Assembly (NCBI GenBank): GCA_963783305.1
Contig: CAWAMW010000007.1
Span: 64,001 to 128,000 of the forward strand
Direction of reading: 5' to 3'
DNA length: 64,000 nt
Origin: an uncultured Gemmatimonadales bacterium
GTDB taxonomy: Bacteria > Gemmatimonadota > Gemmatimonadetes > Longimicrobiales > RSA9
Positions 19,859-29,452 of this stretch are shown here, one piece after another (within the stretch, counting starts at the first letter, position 1; every line of letters starts with the position of its first letter). The notes beneath the pieces are model-generated. The model did no database searches, was not told the origin of the DNA, and saw nothing but the letters and a program-made list of their open reading frames with translations. The translations under genes and the position numbers were made by a program.

Positions 19859-20916
19859 TCGCTGTACAGCGCCTCCAGCTCGTAGACCGAATCGGCCGGA
19901 CCGATCAGGATCATGGTCTCGCCCGGCTCGATCGTCCGCTGCGCCGCCGGTGTCAGGTCGAAGGAGCCATCCGGCCGACGGATCGCGAGGATCGATACGT
20001 TCCGCATCCGGCGGAGGTCGCAGCCCGCTATGGTCTGACCCGCGAAGGGGGAATCCCCGGCCACGGTGATCTGCCCCACATCCACGTCCGGGTCCGCACC
20101 GACCCGGAAGATCCGGCCGAAGAAGTCATGAACCGCGGGTCGGAGGAGCGCCAGGGCCAGGCGGTGGCCGCCGATGGAGGAGGGCGTCACGACCCGGTCC
20201 GCGCCGGCCCTGAGCAGCTTGCTCTCCAGCGTCTCGGTCCCCGAGCGGGCGATGATCAGGAGCCGCGGGTTCAACTCCCGGGCCGTAAGGACGGTCAGCA
20301 CGTTTTGCGCGTCACCGTCCAGCGCGGCGACCAGGCCGCGGGCGGTTTCGATCCGGGCCTGGCGCAGCGTTTCCTCGGAGGTAGCGTCCATCGAGAGGTG
20401 CGGGATGTTCCCCTCCAGCAGCTCTTCCTCCAGGCCCTCCTCCCAGTCCACGACCACGAAGGGCTCGCCTCGCGCCTCGAGGTCCCGCAGGATCTGCCGG
20501 CCGAGACGGCCATAGCCGCAGATGATGTAGTGCTCCCGCATGTCGCCGACCATGTCCCTGTTCCTCCTGCGCTGGACCGATACCCAGAATGTCTGGCCGA
20601 GCATGACCTCGGCGGCGTTGCTGATCGCCCACGCGGCCACGCCGACGCCGACGATGATGAGAAAGGTGGTGAAGAGCATCCCCGGCGCATCCAGCTCCAC
20701 CACCTCACGGAACCCCACCGTGGCCAGGGTGATGACCGTCATGTACAGCGCCTGAACGAAGGTCATGCCTTCGAGCAGGATATACCCGGCGGTGCCGAGC
20801 GCGATCAGGCCCAGGAGGAGGAGGAGGGAGAGCTGGAGCTGACGGATCGGCTCCGAGAGAGCCGATCGCAGACGCTGGACCAGTCTCGCCAGGGGGCTCG
20901 AGCGCGATCGACTCAT
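19855..20916 (-). CDS. Two-TM potassium channel with RCK (TrkA-N/C) domains
   Basis: Pore motif TLATVGFRE, ICGYGRLG, AGADRVV, RCK-C. Confidence 0.88.
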   Translation of the reverse strand: MSRSRSSPLARLVQRLRSALSEPIRQLQLSLLLLLGLIALGTAGYILLEGMTFVQALYMTVITLATVGFREVVELDAPGMLFTTFLIIVGVGVAAWAISNAAEVMLGQTFWVSVQRRRNRDMVGDMREHYIICGYGRLGRQILRDLEARGEPFVVVDWEEGLEEELLEGNIPHLSMDATSEETLRQARIETARGLVAALDGDAQNVLTVLTARELNPRLLIIARSGTETLESKLLRAGADRVVTPSSIGGHRLALALLRPAVHDFFGRIFRVGADPDVDVGQITVAGDSPFAGQTIAGCDLRRMRNVSILAIRRPDGSFDLTPAAQRTIEPGETMILIGPADSVYELEALYSD

Positions 20917-20947
20917 GCCCGGACCGCGCCGATCCGGTAGACGTCCC

Positions 20948-21349
20948 TCACTCGTGTTGCTGCGCGCGCTCTGCGTCACGAGCGGCCCGCGCCTGCTGCC
21001 GCGCGCGGTCTTCCAGCACCACGTGCCGCTGCGCGTGCTCGACCTGGAATCTCATCGAACCCACACCCTCCCGCAGAATCCGGCTCTTCGTCGACAGGGA
21101 TCCGCCGCGCCCGGCCGCGATCTCCATGGCGCCCGCGAGCTGCGACAGCGCGTCGAAGCCGGCCCCCATGAACTCGATCTTCAGCCGGCCGAACGCCCGC
21201 TTGAGCGGCATGGTGAGCATTTCCGCCTGCTTGGGGTTCCTGGTACCCGCATAGCGCTCGACCTGGCCGTAGAGGCTCTGGACCTTGGTGAGCATCGCGT
21301 CGAGGGCCGCGAGCTGCATCTGTGCCTGGGGACTGAGAAGACCGGCCAT
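20948..21349 (-). CDS. Hypothetical helical protein with an Hpt-like pattern lacking the phosphoacceptor His
   Basis: All-helical 133 aa; RAFGRLK...GFDALSQLAGAME. Confidence 0.6.
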   Translation of the reverse strand: MAGLLSPQAQMQLAALDAMLTKVQSLYGQVERYAGTRNPKQAEMLTMPLKRAFGRLKIEFMGAGFDALSQLAGAMEIAAGRGGSLSTKSRILREGVGSMRFQVEHAQRHVVLEDRARQQARAARDAERAQQHE

Positions 21350-21376
21350 CCGGCAACCTACGACCGCCGGGCGGCC

Positions 21377-21442
21377 GCGGCTACCGACCGGCCGGAGCCA
21401 CCGGGCGGTTGCGGCTACCGACCGGCCGGAGCCACCGGGCGG
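21377..21442. repeat. 32-bp perfect direct repeat x2 (34-bp period)
   Basis: GCGGCTACCGACCGGCCGGAGCCACCGGGCGG at 21377 and 21411. Confidence 0.9.
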
Positions 21443-22783
21443 CTACTCGCCCGTGCTCGGCAGCCTCAGCCTCGCCACCGCGCCGCTGCGGTCGCGCCTG
21501 TCATGGAGCGTGAGCTGCCCCCCGTGCGCCTCGGCGATCTGTCGGCTCAAAGCGAGACCGATACCCGACCCCTCCGGCTTCGTGGTGAAGAAGGGGACGA
21601 AGAGGTTGGTGCTGTCTCCGATTCCGGGGCCCGCATCCCGCACCAGCACCTCCACGGAGCCGCCATCCCGCCGCCACTGGATCTCCACACCGCCGCCCGT
21701 CTCGAGGGAGGCGTCCACGGCGTTCGTGACCAGGTTGATCAGGAGCTGGTCCAGCTGGTCGCCATCGGCGGCGATCACCATCTCCGGTCCTCCAAGCACG
21801 GCCACCGGCAGGCGCGTCTCGAGCTCCGCCACGCGCCGGATCCAGGGCCGCACCTCCATCGGCTCCCGGTCGGGCGCCGGCAGCCGGGCAAGGTGCGCGT
21901 AGGACGCCATGAAGCGGTTCAGAGCCTTTGCGCGACCCGCGATGACGCCCAGCCCCTGGCGCACGTCGTCCTCCGCGTCCGCCGGCCGCGGCTCCCGCTC
22001 CAAAATCCGCTGCAGGCTCTCCGTCAGCGACAGGATGGGCGCCAGCGAGTTGTTGATCTCGTGACCCAATACCCGGACGAGCCGTTTCCACGCCTGCCGC
22101 TCCTCTTCGCGAAGAGCCCGACTCAGGTCCGCCAGCACGACCAGGTGGTGCCGCAGCCCCTCCTGCCGGAACGTGGTCCGACGCAGTTCCCAGCGACCGG
22201 TGCCCCCGGGGTAGCGGGAGTCCAGCGTGCGGGGCGTCTCGCCCGTCAGCGTCTCGCCAAGCCCCAACTCGTCCGCGCTCCGCTCCAGCAGGCGGTCCGC
22301 CGGGCGGCCCAGGAGCCTCTCGCCCGCGCGGTTGACGAGCTTCAGTCGCCCGTCGCCATCGAACGCGAAGACCGCCACCTCGATCTCCGCCATGACTTTC
22401 CGGAGCAGGGTGCTGGCCTCTACGGCGCCCAGTCGCTGCTCGCGGAGCGTGTAGCCCAGCGAGTTGATCTCCAGCAGGGCGAGGCCGAGTGCGTTGTCCG
22501 GTTGCGCGTTGCGGGCGCGGATCGAGAAGTCGCCCTCGCGGAGCGCGCCCAGGAGGTTCGACAGCGTCTGGAGCGGGCGAGCCACGCGCTCGCGGAGGAT
22601 GGTGGCCGCGCCCAGCCACACGACGATGATCAGCGTGGAGAGGGTCCACTGAACCCGCGGTGCGAAGGCGCCCGTCCACAGGAGGACCAGCGCCGTGACG
22701 GAGCCGGGCAGGCCCGCGAAGAGCGCCAGGAGGAACACGCGGCGCTCATGGGAGAAGCGCCCCGCCGGCCGCTCCGTCTTCAC
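21443..22783 (-). CDS. NtrY-like sensor histidine kinase (HAMP, PAS)
   Basis: HEINNSLAP, NLVTNA, DAGPG, PFFTTKPEGSGIGL. Confidence 0.92.
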   Translation of the reverse strand: MKTERPAGRFSHERRVFLLALFAGLPGSVTALVLLWTGAFAPRVQWTLSTLIIVVWLGAATILRERVARPLQTLSNLLGALREGDFSIRARNAQPDNALGLALLEINSLGYTLREQRLGAVEASTLLRKVMAEIEVAVFAFDGDGRLKLVNRAGERLLGRPADRLLERSADELGLGETLTGETPRTLDSRYPGGTGRWELRRTTFRQEGLRHHLVVLADLSRALREEERQAWKRLVRVLGHEINNSLAPILSLTESLQRILEREPRPADAEDDVRQGLGVIAGRAKALNRFMASYAHLARLPAPDREPMEVRPWIRRVAELETRLPVAVLGGPEMVIAADGDQLDQLLINLVTNAVDASLETGGGVEIQWRRDGGSVEVLVRDAGPGIGDSTNLFVPFFTTKPEGSGIGLALSRQIAEAHGGQLTLHDRRDRSGAVARLRLPSTGE

Positions 22784-22856
22784 CGGTCGTGCCTCGCGAG
22801 CGGCACGCGCGCGCGTCGGCCCCGATCGCCGGTCCTCGAGTACCGCGTCCGGTCGC

Positions 22857-24206
22857 TCACAGGTCGTGCTTCTGGAGCCTCCGATAAAGAGCGCTCCGGC
22901 TGAGGCCCAGGGCCTCAGCCGCCCGGCTCACGTTGCCGTCGTAGCGGGTGATCGCCTTCTGGATGAGGACGCGCTCGGCATCATCGAGGGTCATCTTGTC
23001 GAGCCGGTCCAGCGTCTCGGCCGGCAGCCGCAGGTTGAGATCGGCCTCCTGGACCTGCCGCTCCCGCGCCATCAGCACCGCTCGCTCCACCACGTGCTCC
23101 AGCTCCCGCACGTTGCCAGGCCAGGGGTGGTCCAGCAGCGCCTGCATCGCAGGCTTCTCGAAACCGGTCAGCTCTTTCCCGTAGTGGTCCGTCTGCCGCT
23201 GGAGGAACCGCGCCGCCAGCACCGGGATGTCCTCCCGCCTGTCCCGCAACGGCGGGAGCCGGATCTCCACCGTGTTGAGCCGGTAGAGCAGGTCCTCCCG
23301 GAACTCGCCCGCCGCGATCGCCTTGTCGATGTCCGCGTTCGTGGCCGAGATCACCCGCACGTCCACGTTTCGCGCCTTCGACGAGCCCACCCGCTGCACC
23401 TCGCCGCTCTCCAGGACCCGCAGCAGCTTCGCCTGCTGCTTCGGCGTGATGTTCGCGATCTCGTCCAGGAAGAGCGTTCCGCGGTCCGCCAGCTCGAAGC
23501 AGCCCACGCGATCCGTCTTGGCGTCCGTGAAGGCACCCTTCACGTGCCCGAACAGCTCGCTCTCGAACAGCGTCTCGCTGAAACCGCCGGCATTCACCGC
23601 GATCAGTGGCCGATCGCTTCGCCGCGACGCCGCGTGCAGCCACCGCGCCACGACTTCCTTCCCCGTTCCGTGCTCGCCCGTGACCAGCACGTTCGCGTCC
23701 GACGGGCCCACCCGCTCCATCACCCGCAGGACCGGATGCATCGCCCGCGACGACGCCACGAAGTCGGGCAGGTTCTGCTTCCGCAGCCGCTTGTTCTCCC
23801 CCTCCAGCGTATGCTTCTCACGCACCGTCTTCGCCAGCTCGATCTGCGTGCGCAGCATGCTCAGCAGCCGCATGTTGTCCCACGGCTTCTCGATGTAGTC
23901 GCGGGCCCCCAGCCGCATCGCCTCCACCGCCCCCTCCACGCTCCCCCACGCCGTCATCACGATGATCGGCAGCGTGTGGTCCAGCGCCCGCAGCTTCGAC
24001 AGCACGTCGAGTCCCTCGCGCCCGGACGTCGTGTCCCGCGCGTAGTTCAGGTCCATCAGCACCGCGTCGAAGTCGCGCGCGGAAACCAGCTCGAGGATCT
24101 CCTCCGGCGAAGACGCCGTCTGGATCAGGAATCCCTCCCCCTTCAGCAGGAGGCGGAGCGCCTGGAGCACGTCGGGCTGGTCGTCGGCGATAAGGAGGTT
24201 CGGCAT
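22857..24206 (-). CDS. Sigma54-dependent response regulator (REC, AAA+, Fis HTH)
   Basis: LIADDQ, MDLNY, GEHGTGKE, GAFTDA, LFLDEI, WPGNVREL; start ATG 24206. Confidence 0.95.
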   Translation of the reverse strand: MPNLLIADDQPDVLQALRLLLKGEGFLIQTASSPEEILELVSARDFDAVLMDLNYARDTTSGREGLDVLSKLRALDHTLPIIVMTAWGSVEGAVEAMRLGARDYIEKPWDNMRLLSMLRTQIELAKTVREKHTLEGENKRLRKQNLPDFVASSRAMHPVLRVMERVGPSDANVLVTGEHGTGKEVVARWLHAASRRSDRPLIAVNAGGFSETLFESELFGHVKGAFTDAKTDRVGCFELADRGTLFLDEIANITPKQQAKLLRVLESGEVQRVGSSKARNVDVRVISATNADIDKAIAAGEFREDLLYRLNTVEIRLPPLRDRREDIPVLAARFLQRQTDHYGKELTGFEKPAMQALLDHPWPGNVRELEHVVERAVLMARERQVQEADLNLRLPAETLDRLDKMTLDDAERVLIQKAITRYDGNVSRAAEALGLSRSALYRRLQKHDL

Positions 24207-24208
24207 CG

Positions 24209-24226
24209 GTGTCCGATTACGGGATT
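24209..24226. promoter_or_regulatory. Putative activator binding site (autoregulatory)
   Basis: GTGTCCGATTACGGGATT shares its first 10 bp with the palindrome at 29453. Confidence 0.5.
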
Positions 24227-24292
24227 GATGAGTTAATCTACGGGCACGGCGCCGTGACGCGAGTGCCGCGGACCCAGAGAGAGCGATCCCGG

Positions 24293-24456
24293 ACCGCCCG
24301 AGCACACCGCCCGAGTACGCCGCCCAGGTCCGCCGTCCAGGTCCCCCGCCCGAGTCCGCCGCCCGAGTCCGCCGCCCAGGTCCGCCGCCCAGGTCCGCCG
24401 CCCAGGCCCGCCGCCCAGGCCCGCCGCCCAGGCCCGCCGCCCAGGCCCGCCGCCCA
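24293..24456. repeat. 13-mer tandem repeat, consensus GCCGCCCAGGYCC, ~12.5 copies
   Basis: Read directly; copies are homogeneous at the right end and diverged at the left. Confidence 0.93.
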
Positions 24457-24765
24457 TTCACTCCGCCTGGACCTCGATCGTTCGAGGCGAACCTTCGGCG
24501 CGCAGGTCGGAAGCCTGGCCGTCGAAACTCCTTCAGTCCGGGGTGGATTCGCCATTGGAGGGGGCTACCGGTGCGTTTCCCGTTATCCCCCGGATACCGG
24601 GGTCAACCCGGCGCCCCTCGTGCGAGACCTCATCCCCAGTCCATTATCCACCGAATACCGAGGGCGATTGCACAACGGGCTGGTGTGACGGTAGGAGCCG
24701 GGCCGGCGCTCGCTGTCGGGGTCCAAATAGGTTCCAGCGCCCCGCGGAGCGGGCGCATCATGCCG

Positions 24766-25458
24766 TCAGGTGGTTTCCGCCAGTTCCTGGCGCCCGGCGA
24801 TCCAGCCATCCAGGAGCTCGATGACGCGATCCCCGTAGGCCGCCATCTCGTTGGAGTGTGTGACCTGGATGATGGTCGTGCCCTCCTGGTTCAGACGGGT
24901 GAAGAGCTCCATGATCTCATGGCTCTGCTTCGAGTGCAGGTTCCCCGTGGGCTCGTCGGCGAGGATCAGCTTGGGGCTCGCGATGATCGCGCGGGCCACG
25001 CCCACCAGCTGCTGCTGCCCGCCCGACAGCTGGCTGGGGAAGAGGTCCTTCTTCGCCACGATGCCGAAACGGTCCAGAACGTCGGCCACCAGCGCCTGGC
25101 GCTCGGCGCGCTTTACGTTCCGGTAACTCAGCGGGATATCCAGGTTCTCCTCCACCGTCAGATCATCGATCAGGTGGTACTGCTGGAAGACGAACCCCAC
25201 GTGCCGTTTGTTCAGCTCCATGCGGGCGCGCGGCTTCAGCGCGTGGACCGGCTCACCCGCCAGCCAGTACTCGCCGTTCCAGTCGTGGTCCAGCATGCCG
25301 AGAATGCTGAGCAGCGTCGACTTGCCCGCGCCGGAAGGGCCCATCACGGTGATGAACTCGCCCTCCTCGACGTCCGCCGTGATCTGACGGAGCACATAGC
25401 TCCGCCCGGCCTTGGTCTCGAAGTGCCGTTCGACGTTCCTGAGCTGGATCAGCGCCAT
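24766..25458 (-). CDS. ABC ATPase (MacB/LolD type), second copy
   Basis: [28 protein letters not shown]. Confidence 0.92.
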   Translation of the reverse strand: MALIQLRNVERHFETKAGRSYVLRQITADVEEGEFITVMGPSGAGKSTLLSILGMLDHDWNGEYWLAGEPVHALKPRARMELNKRHVGFVFQQYHLIDDLTVEENLDIPLSYRNVKRAERQALVADVLDRFGIVAKKDLFPSQLSGGQQQLVGVARAIIASPKLILADEPTGNLHSKQSHEIMELFTRLNQEGTTIIQVTHSNEMAAYGDRVIELLDGWIAGRQELAETT

Positions 25459-25477
25459 CGGTTCTCCCTGTTCGTGC

Positions 25478-26212
25478 TCAGACCTCGAAGCCCGCTTCCT
25501 CCAGCTCGTGCGCCTCACGGCGATCCTCGTCCTCTACGATCCGGCCGTCGAACAGATGGATCGTGCGCTGCGCGTGCTGCGCGTACCGCGGGTCGTGCGT
25601 TACCATGCACACCGTCGCACCGCCCGCGTGCAGCTCCTCCATCAGGCTCATGACCGACTCGCCGTTGGCCGAGTCCAGGTTCCCCGTCGGCTCGTCCGCC
25701 AGCAGCATGAGCGGGTCGCCCACGATCGCCCGGGCCACGGCCACACGCTGCTGCTGACCGCCCGAGAGCTGCGACGGGTAGTGCTTCATCCGATGCGCCA
25801 TCCCCACCCGCTCCAGCGCCTCCTCCACCCGCTGCTTCCGCTCCTTCCCAGGCATGCCCCGGTACGTCAGCGGGAGCTCCACGTTCTCGTAGACGTTCAG
25901 GTCACCGATCAGGTTGAAGGCCTGGAAGATGAACCCGATGGCCCGGTTCCGAATGTGCGCCCGCTGACTCGCCGTCAGGTTCGCCACCGGCCGACCATCG
26001 AGGATGTACTCCCCGCTCGTAGGGGAGTCCAGCAGCCCCAGCAGGCTCAGGAGCGTCGTCTTGCCACACCCCGACGGGCCGGCGATCGCGACGTACTCGC
26101 CAGGCCGGATGTCCAGGTGCACGTCGTTCAGCGCGTGGGTCTCCACCTCCTCGGTGTAGAAGACCTTCGTCACGCCATCCAGCTTGATCATCGGCTCCAT
26201 CTGCGTTGCCAT
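25478..26212 (-). CDS. ABC ATPase (MacB/LolD type)
   Basis: [43 protein letters not shown]. Confidence 0.94.
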   Translation of the reverse strand: MATQMEPMIKLDGVTKVFYTEEVETHALNDVHLDIRPGEYVAIAGPSGCGKTTLLSLLGLLDSPTSGEYILDGRPVANLTASQRAHIRNRAIGFIFQAFNLIGDLNVYENVELPLTYRGMPGKERKQRVEEALERVGMAHRMKHYPSQLSGGQQQRVAVARAIVGDPLMLLADEPTGNLDSANGESVMSLMEELHAGGATVCMVTHDPRYAQHAQRTIHLFDGRIVEDEDRREAHELEEAGFEV

Positions 26213-26269
26213 CAGGGCTCCAGGATTGGGGGATCGAGATCGGGATCGGGTTGTGAACCGCGAAGCGCG

Positions 26270-26320
26270 ATCTGTTCTCTGTAATCTGTTCTCTGTAATC
26301 TGTTCTATGTAATCTGTTAT
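26270..26320. repeat. AT-rich 14-mer (paired heptamer) repeat ATCTGTT-CTCTGTA, ~3.5 copies
   Basis: Read directly; lies between the MFP and ATPase genes. Confidence 0.88.
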
Positions 26321-26405
26321 ATAAGACGCCACGACCGCCCGCGTGGTTGGCTCCGCCTCCACCCCCGCCGCGCGTCCGGGGCCAGTGAAGAGATCGTGTC
26401 CGTCC

Positions 26406-27719
26406 TCACTTCAATCGCACTCGGTCGTAGGTGTCCCAGTTGGACATGTCGGACAGGATCACGACATCGCCCTCCTGGAGGCCGCTACGCACTTCCACCT
26501 CGTTCACCGACGACTGCCCGAGCTGTACAGTGACGCGTACCGCCTCATCGCCGTCCACCAGCTTGAAGAGGCCCACCGAGCTGTTCGCGGAGCCAATGTG
26601 GGGGCGCGGCATGTGCAGCACCTCGTCCAGCCGCGCCACCTCCACCGTGCCGTCGACGCTCAGGTCCGGGCGGGCGCCGCGCGGCAGCTCCTCGACGTCG
26701 AGCGCCACGTCCACGGTCACCGAGCCGCCCTGCGCCGCCGGGTCGATCCGCGTCACGTGGCCGGGGATCACACCGCTGCGGATGTCGATGCTCGCCGGCT
26801 GACCCACGGTCACGTCCTTTGCCTGTACCTCTGGGATCCTGAGGACCGCTTTCAACCGCCCGGGCTGCACCACCTTCGCCAGCGTCGCCCCGGGCTGCAC
26901 CCACTGGCCCGGCTCGAAGTTCAGCTCCTGAACGACGCCATCGCTCCCGGCCACGACCTGCATGGAGCCGAGCCGCGCCCTCTGGAAGTCCACGATCTGC
27001 TGCAGTCGCTCCACCTGCGACTCCTGTACGGCCACCTGCCGGGTGATGTTTCGCTCCATGAGGTCCAGTCGCTGCCGCTCCAGGTCCAGCCGCTCCTCGA
27101 GTTCAGTCACCTGGTCGCTGGACTGCTGGAGCACGTTCTGAGCGATCAGGTCCTTCTCCGCCAGCTCCTGGTTCGACCGGTACGTGCGCTCCGCCTGCTG
27201 ATACTGAGAGCGGGTCTGCGCGACGATCCCCGCCTGGGTCAGACGCTGCGTCCGCAGGTTGGTCGCCACCTCCACCAGCCCCGCCTGCGCGGCCGCGAGC
27301 TGCCGCTCCGCCTCGAGAGCCTGCAGCTGCACGTCCGGATTCGACAGCTCCATGATCACGGTGCCGGCGCTCACCTCGGCCCCCGCCTCCACCAGCTTCT
27401 GCTCCACCCGGCCGGCTGTGACCGCCGAGACCCACCGGATCTGCTCCGGCACGAGCGTGCCCGGGCCGCGCACAGCCCGGATCATGGTGCCGTGCTCCAC
27501 CTGACCGGTGAAGATCACGTCCCTGTCCACACTGGGCGCGGCCGGCTCCAGCCGCGCCACGGCCACCGCCGCGAGGATCAGCAGAAGCGCCGCGGCACCG
27601 CCCAGGATCCACCGCTTGCGCGTACGCCCGCGGCTCTCACGCGGCACGTCCATCATGATCCGGTGGGTCCTGGGCTCCCCCTCGGTGGCCCGATCCGCCT
27701 TCTCTGCCGCCATGTTCAT
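26406..27719 (-). CDS. Periplasmic adaptor / membrane fusion protein (MacA/HlyD family)
   Basis: N-terminal TM, VRGPGTLVPE, coiled hairpin, ARPDLSVDG, GLQEGDVVILSD. Confidence 0.9.
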   Translation of the reverse strand: MNMAAEKADRATEGEPRTHRIMMDVPRESRGRTRKRWILGGAAALLLILAAVAVARLEPAAPSVDRDVIFTGQVEHGTMIRAVRGPGTLVPEQIRWVSAVTAGRVEQKLVEAGAEVSAGTVIMELSNPDVQLQALEAERQLAAAQAGLVEVATNLRTQRLTQAGIVAQTRSQYQQAERTYRSNQELAEKDLIAQNVLQQSSDQVTELEERLDLERQRLDLMERNITRQVAVQESQVERLQQIVDFQRARLGSMQVVAGSDGVVQELNFEPGQWVQPGATLAKVVQPGRLKAVLRIPEVQAKDVTVGQPASIDIRSGVIPGHVTRIDPAAQGGSVTVDVALDVEELPRGARPDLSVDGTVEVARLDEVLHMPRPHIGSANSSVGLFKLVDGDEAVRVTVQLGQSSVNEVEVRSGLQEGDVVILSDMSNWDTYDRVRLK

Positions 27720-29308
27720 CGAACGCTCTCATCTGGAGTACGGCTTTCGGCCCGCTCCGGCCGGAGCGGCCGTCCCACCGCCGCTTCGAGGTCGGCCAGC
27801 GCTTCGTGGAATGTATACACCGCCGCCAGGTACGACTGGTCCGCCTGCGACTTCAGCGTCGTGGCTTCCGTCAGGCTGACGAATGAGTCCAGGCCGACCC
27901 GGTACCGCTCGCGCGCCTGCTCCAGCTGGTCGGCCCCCAGCACGCGGTTCGTTCTCTCGATCTGGACCGCCTCGTAGGCCGCCTCCAACCGGAGCAGCGC
28001 CGCCCCCACATCCGCGGTAAGCCGCAGACGTTCGGCCCTCAGCCGATGCTCCGTGTCCTCGGCCGCCGCGTCCGCCTGCGCCACCTGCCGCTGCCGCGAG
28101 AACCCGGTGAAGACCGGCACCGAGACCGCCAGTGACACGGTCAGAGGCTGTTGCTGGAAGTCGAAGGGGAACGCGCGGTTGGTCATTCGCACCGTCGCCT
28201 CCAGCGAGTCCAGCCGCACGGGCGTCAGTTCGTACGTCGAACAGTCCTCCGCCGGGTATGGGTCCGCAAGGCGCGAGTTCAGGTCGTTCCACTCCTGGCA
28301 CGACTGCATCTGACTCTCGTACGCCTGCCGGCCCTGCGACAGGAGGTAGGCGTCATCCCCCACCTGCCGCGTGAAGCCGGAAAGCCCGGCCTGCGCGGTG
28401 ATGGTGGGGAGGTACGCCGACCAGGCCGTCCGTGCGGCCGCCCGCTGCGCCCGGGAGGCAGACTCCAGCGACCGCAGCGCCGGATGTGACGACAGCGCGA
28501 TCCCCAGCAGCCACTCCCTCGTCCACTGCGGCTCGAACACCTCGAGATCTGTCGTAAGACGGAGGTCCCGGTCCAGCTCCAGCCCGATCTGCTGCATCAG
28601 CCGCAGCCGCGACGCCTCATACTCGCTCCGCGCCGTCAGCGCCGCGACGCGCGCACGACCCCACTCCACCTCCGCCTGCTTCGCGTCCAGGGTGATGGCG
28701 ACACCCGCGGATGCGCGGGTCCGCGCGAGCGTCAACGTCTCTTCCGCGCTTTCCTGCTGCTGCCGCCTCAGCTCCACCTGGTCGCGCGCCCGCAGCACCG
28801 TGACGTAGGCCCGCTTCACCGCGTTCTGGAGCGTAGTTTCCACCGCCTCCACGTTTGCCCTCACCGCACGGCGGTTCGCCCGCTGCTCGGACAGCGTGAA
28901 CCACGTCTGCGGACTCAGGCTCCACCGGGCGCTCGCCGAGTAGCTCGAAAAGTAGTACGACGGCGTTTCCGTCACCCCGATGTCCGCCGCCGTGAAGCTG
29001 CCGAAGAGCGCCGAGCCCTGGTCCTCGTACCGCACTCCGCCCAGGACGCTCGCCTGCGGCATGAAGGCGCCATACGCCTCCCGCACACCCCAGTCGGCCG
29101 CCGACTCGTCGTTCCGGGTGGCCAGATACGACGGGTTGTGCCGGATCGCCAGCGCCAGCGCCTCGTCCAGCGTCAGCGCCACCGGCTTCGGACCCTCCGG
29201 TCCCTCTCGCTCCTGCGCCCACGCGCCAGCGGGCGACAGCCCGCATGCGAGCGCCGCACACACCAGCGCCGCTGGCCCCGCGCGGTGGATCCTGATCCTC
29301 GTCGACAA
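27716..29308 (-). CDS. TolC family outer membrane protein
   Basis: Signal peptide, LTLDEALALAIRHNP, duplicated OEP pattern; TTG start 5 nt after GAGGAG. Confidence 0.85.
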   Translation of the reverse strand: MSTRIRIHRAGPAALVCAALACGLSPAGAWAQEREGPEGPKPVALTLDEALALAIRHNPSYLATRNDESAADWGVREAYGAFMPQASVLGGVRYEDQGSALFGSFTAADIGVTETPSYYFSSYSASARWSLSPQTWFTLSEQRANRRAVRANVEAVETTLQNAVKRAYVTVLRARDQVELRRQQQESAEETLTLARTRASAGVAITLDAKQAEVEWGRARVAALTARSEYEASRLRLMQQIGLELDRDLRLTTDLEVFEPQWTREWLLGIALSSHPALRSLESASRAQRAAARTAWSAYLPTITAQAGLSGFTRQVGDDAYLLSQGRQAYESQMQSCQEWNDLNSRLADPYPAEDCSTYELTPVRLDSLEATVRMTNRAFPFDFQQQPLTVSLAVSVPVFTGFSRQRQVAQADAAAEDTEHRLRAERLRLTADVGAALLRLEAAYEAVQIERTNRVLGADQLEQARERYRVGLDSFVSLTEATTLKSQADQSYLAAVYTFHEALADLEAAVGRPLRPERAESRTPDESVR

Positions 29309-29352
29309 GACGGCTCCTCTTTCCGGGACTCCGTTTCCGCCCTTGTTCAAAG

Positions 29353-29367
29353 GCGAGTACCGTGCCG
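29353..29367 (-). promoter_or_regulatory. Sigma54 (-24/-12) promoter of the TolC-MFP-ATPase operon
   Basis: CGGCACG-GTAC-TCGC with exact GG-N10-GC spacing; IHF-like AATCAA-N4-TAA at 29374-29386. Confidence 0.6.
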
Positions 29368-29452
29368 GAGGTGAATCAACGCGTAAAGGGTTGTACCACA
29401 AGAGCATAGACATAATATACCGGACGGTGGCCGGTCGGTTTCGGGGCGGTTG

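Noticed and set aside
24293..24456. Possible CRISPR array (also considered for 21377-21442 and 13422-13558)
   Set aside because: Repeats are contiguous or only two copies, with no series of unique spacers and no cas genes
24207..24461. Repetitive N-terminal extension of the sigma54 regulator
   Set aside because: It is the translated 13-mer DNA repeat; the receiver domain starts at 24206
24458..24535. Minus-strand peptide ending PRTIEVQAE-stop, faintly like an Hsp20 or permease C-terminus
   Set aside because: Too short, no start codon, similarity not convincing
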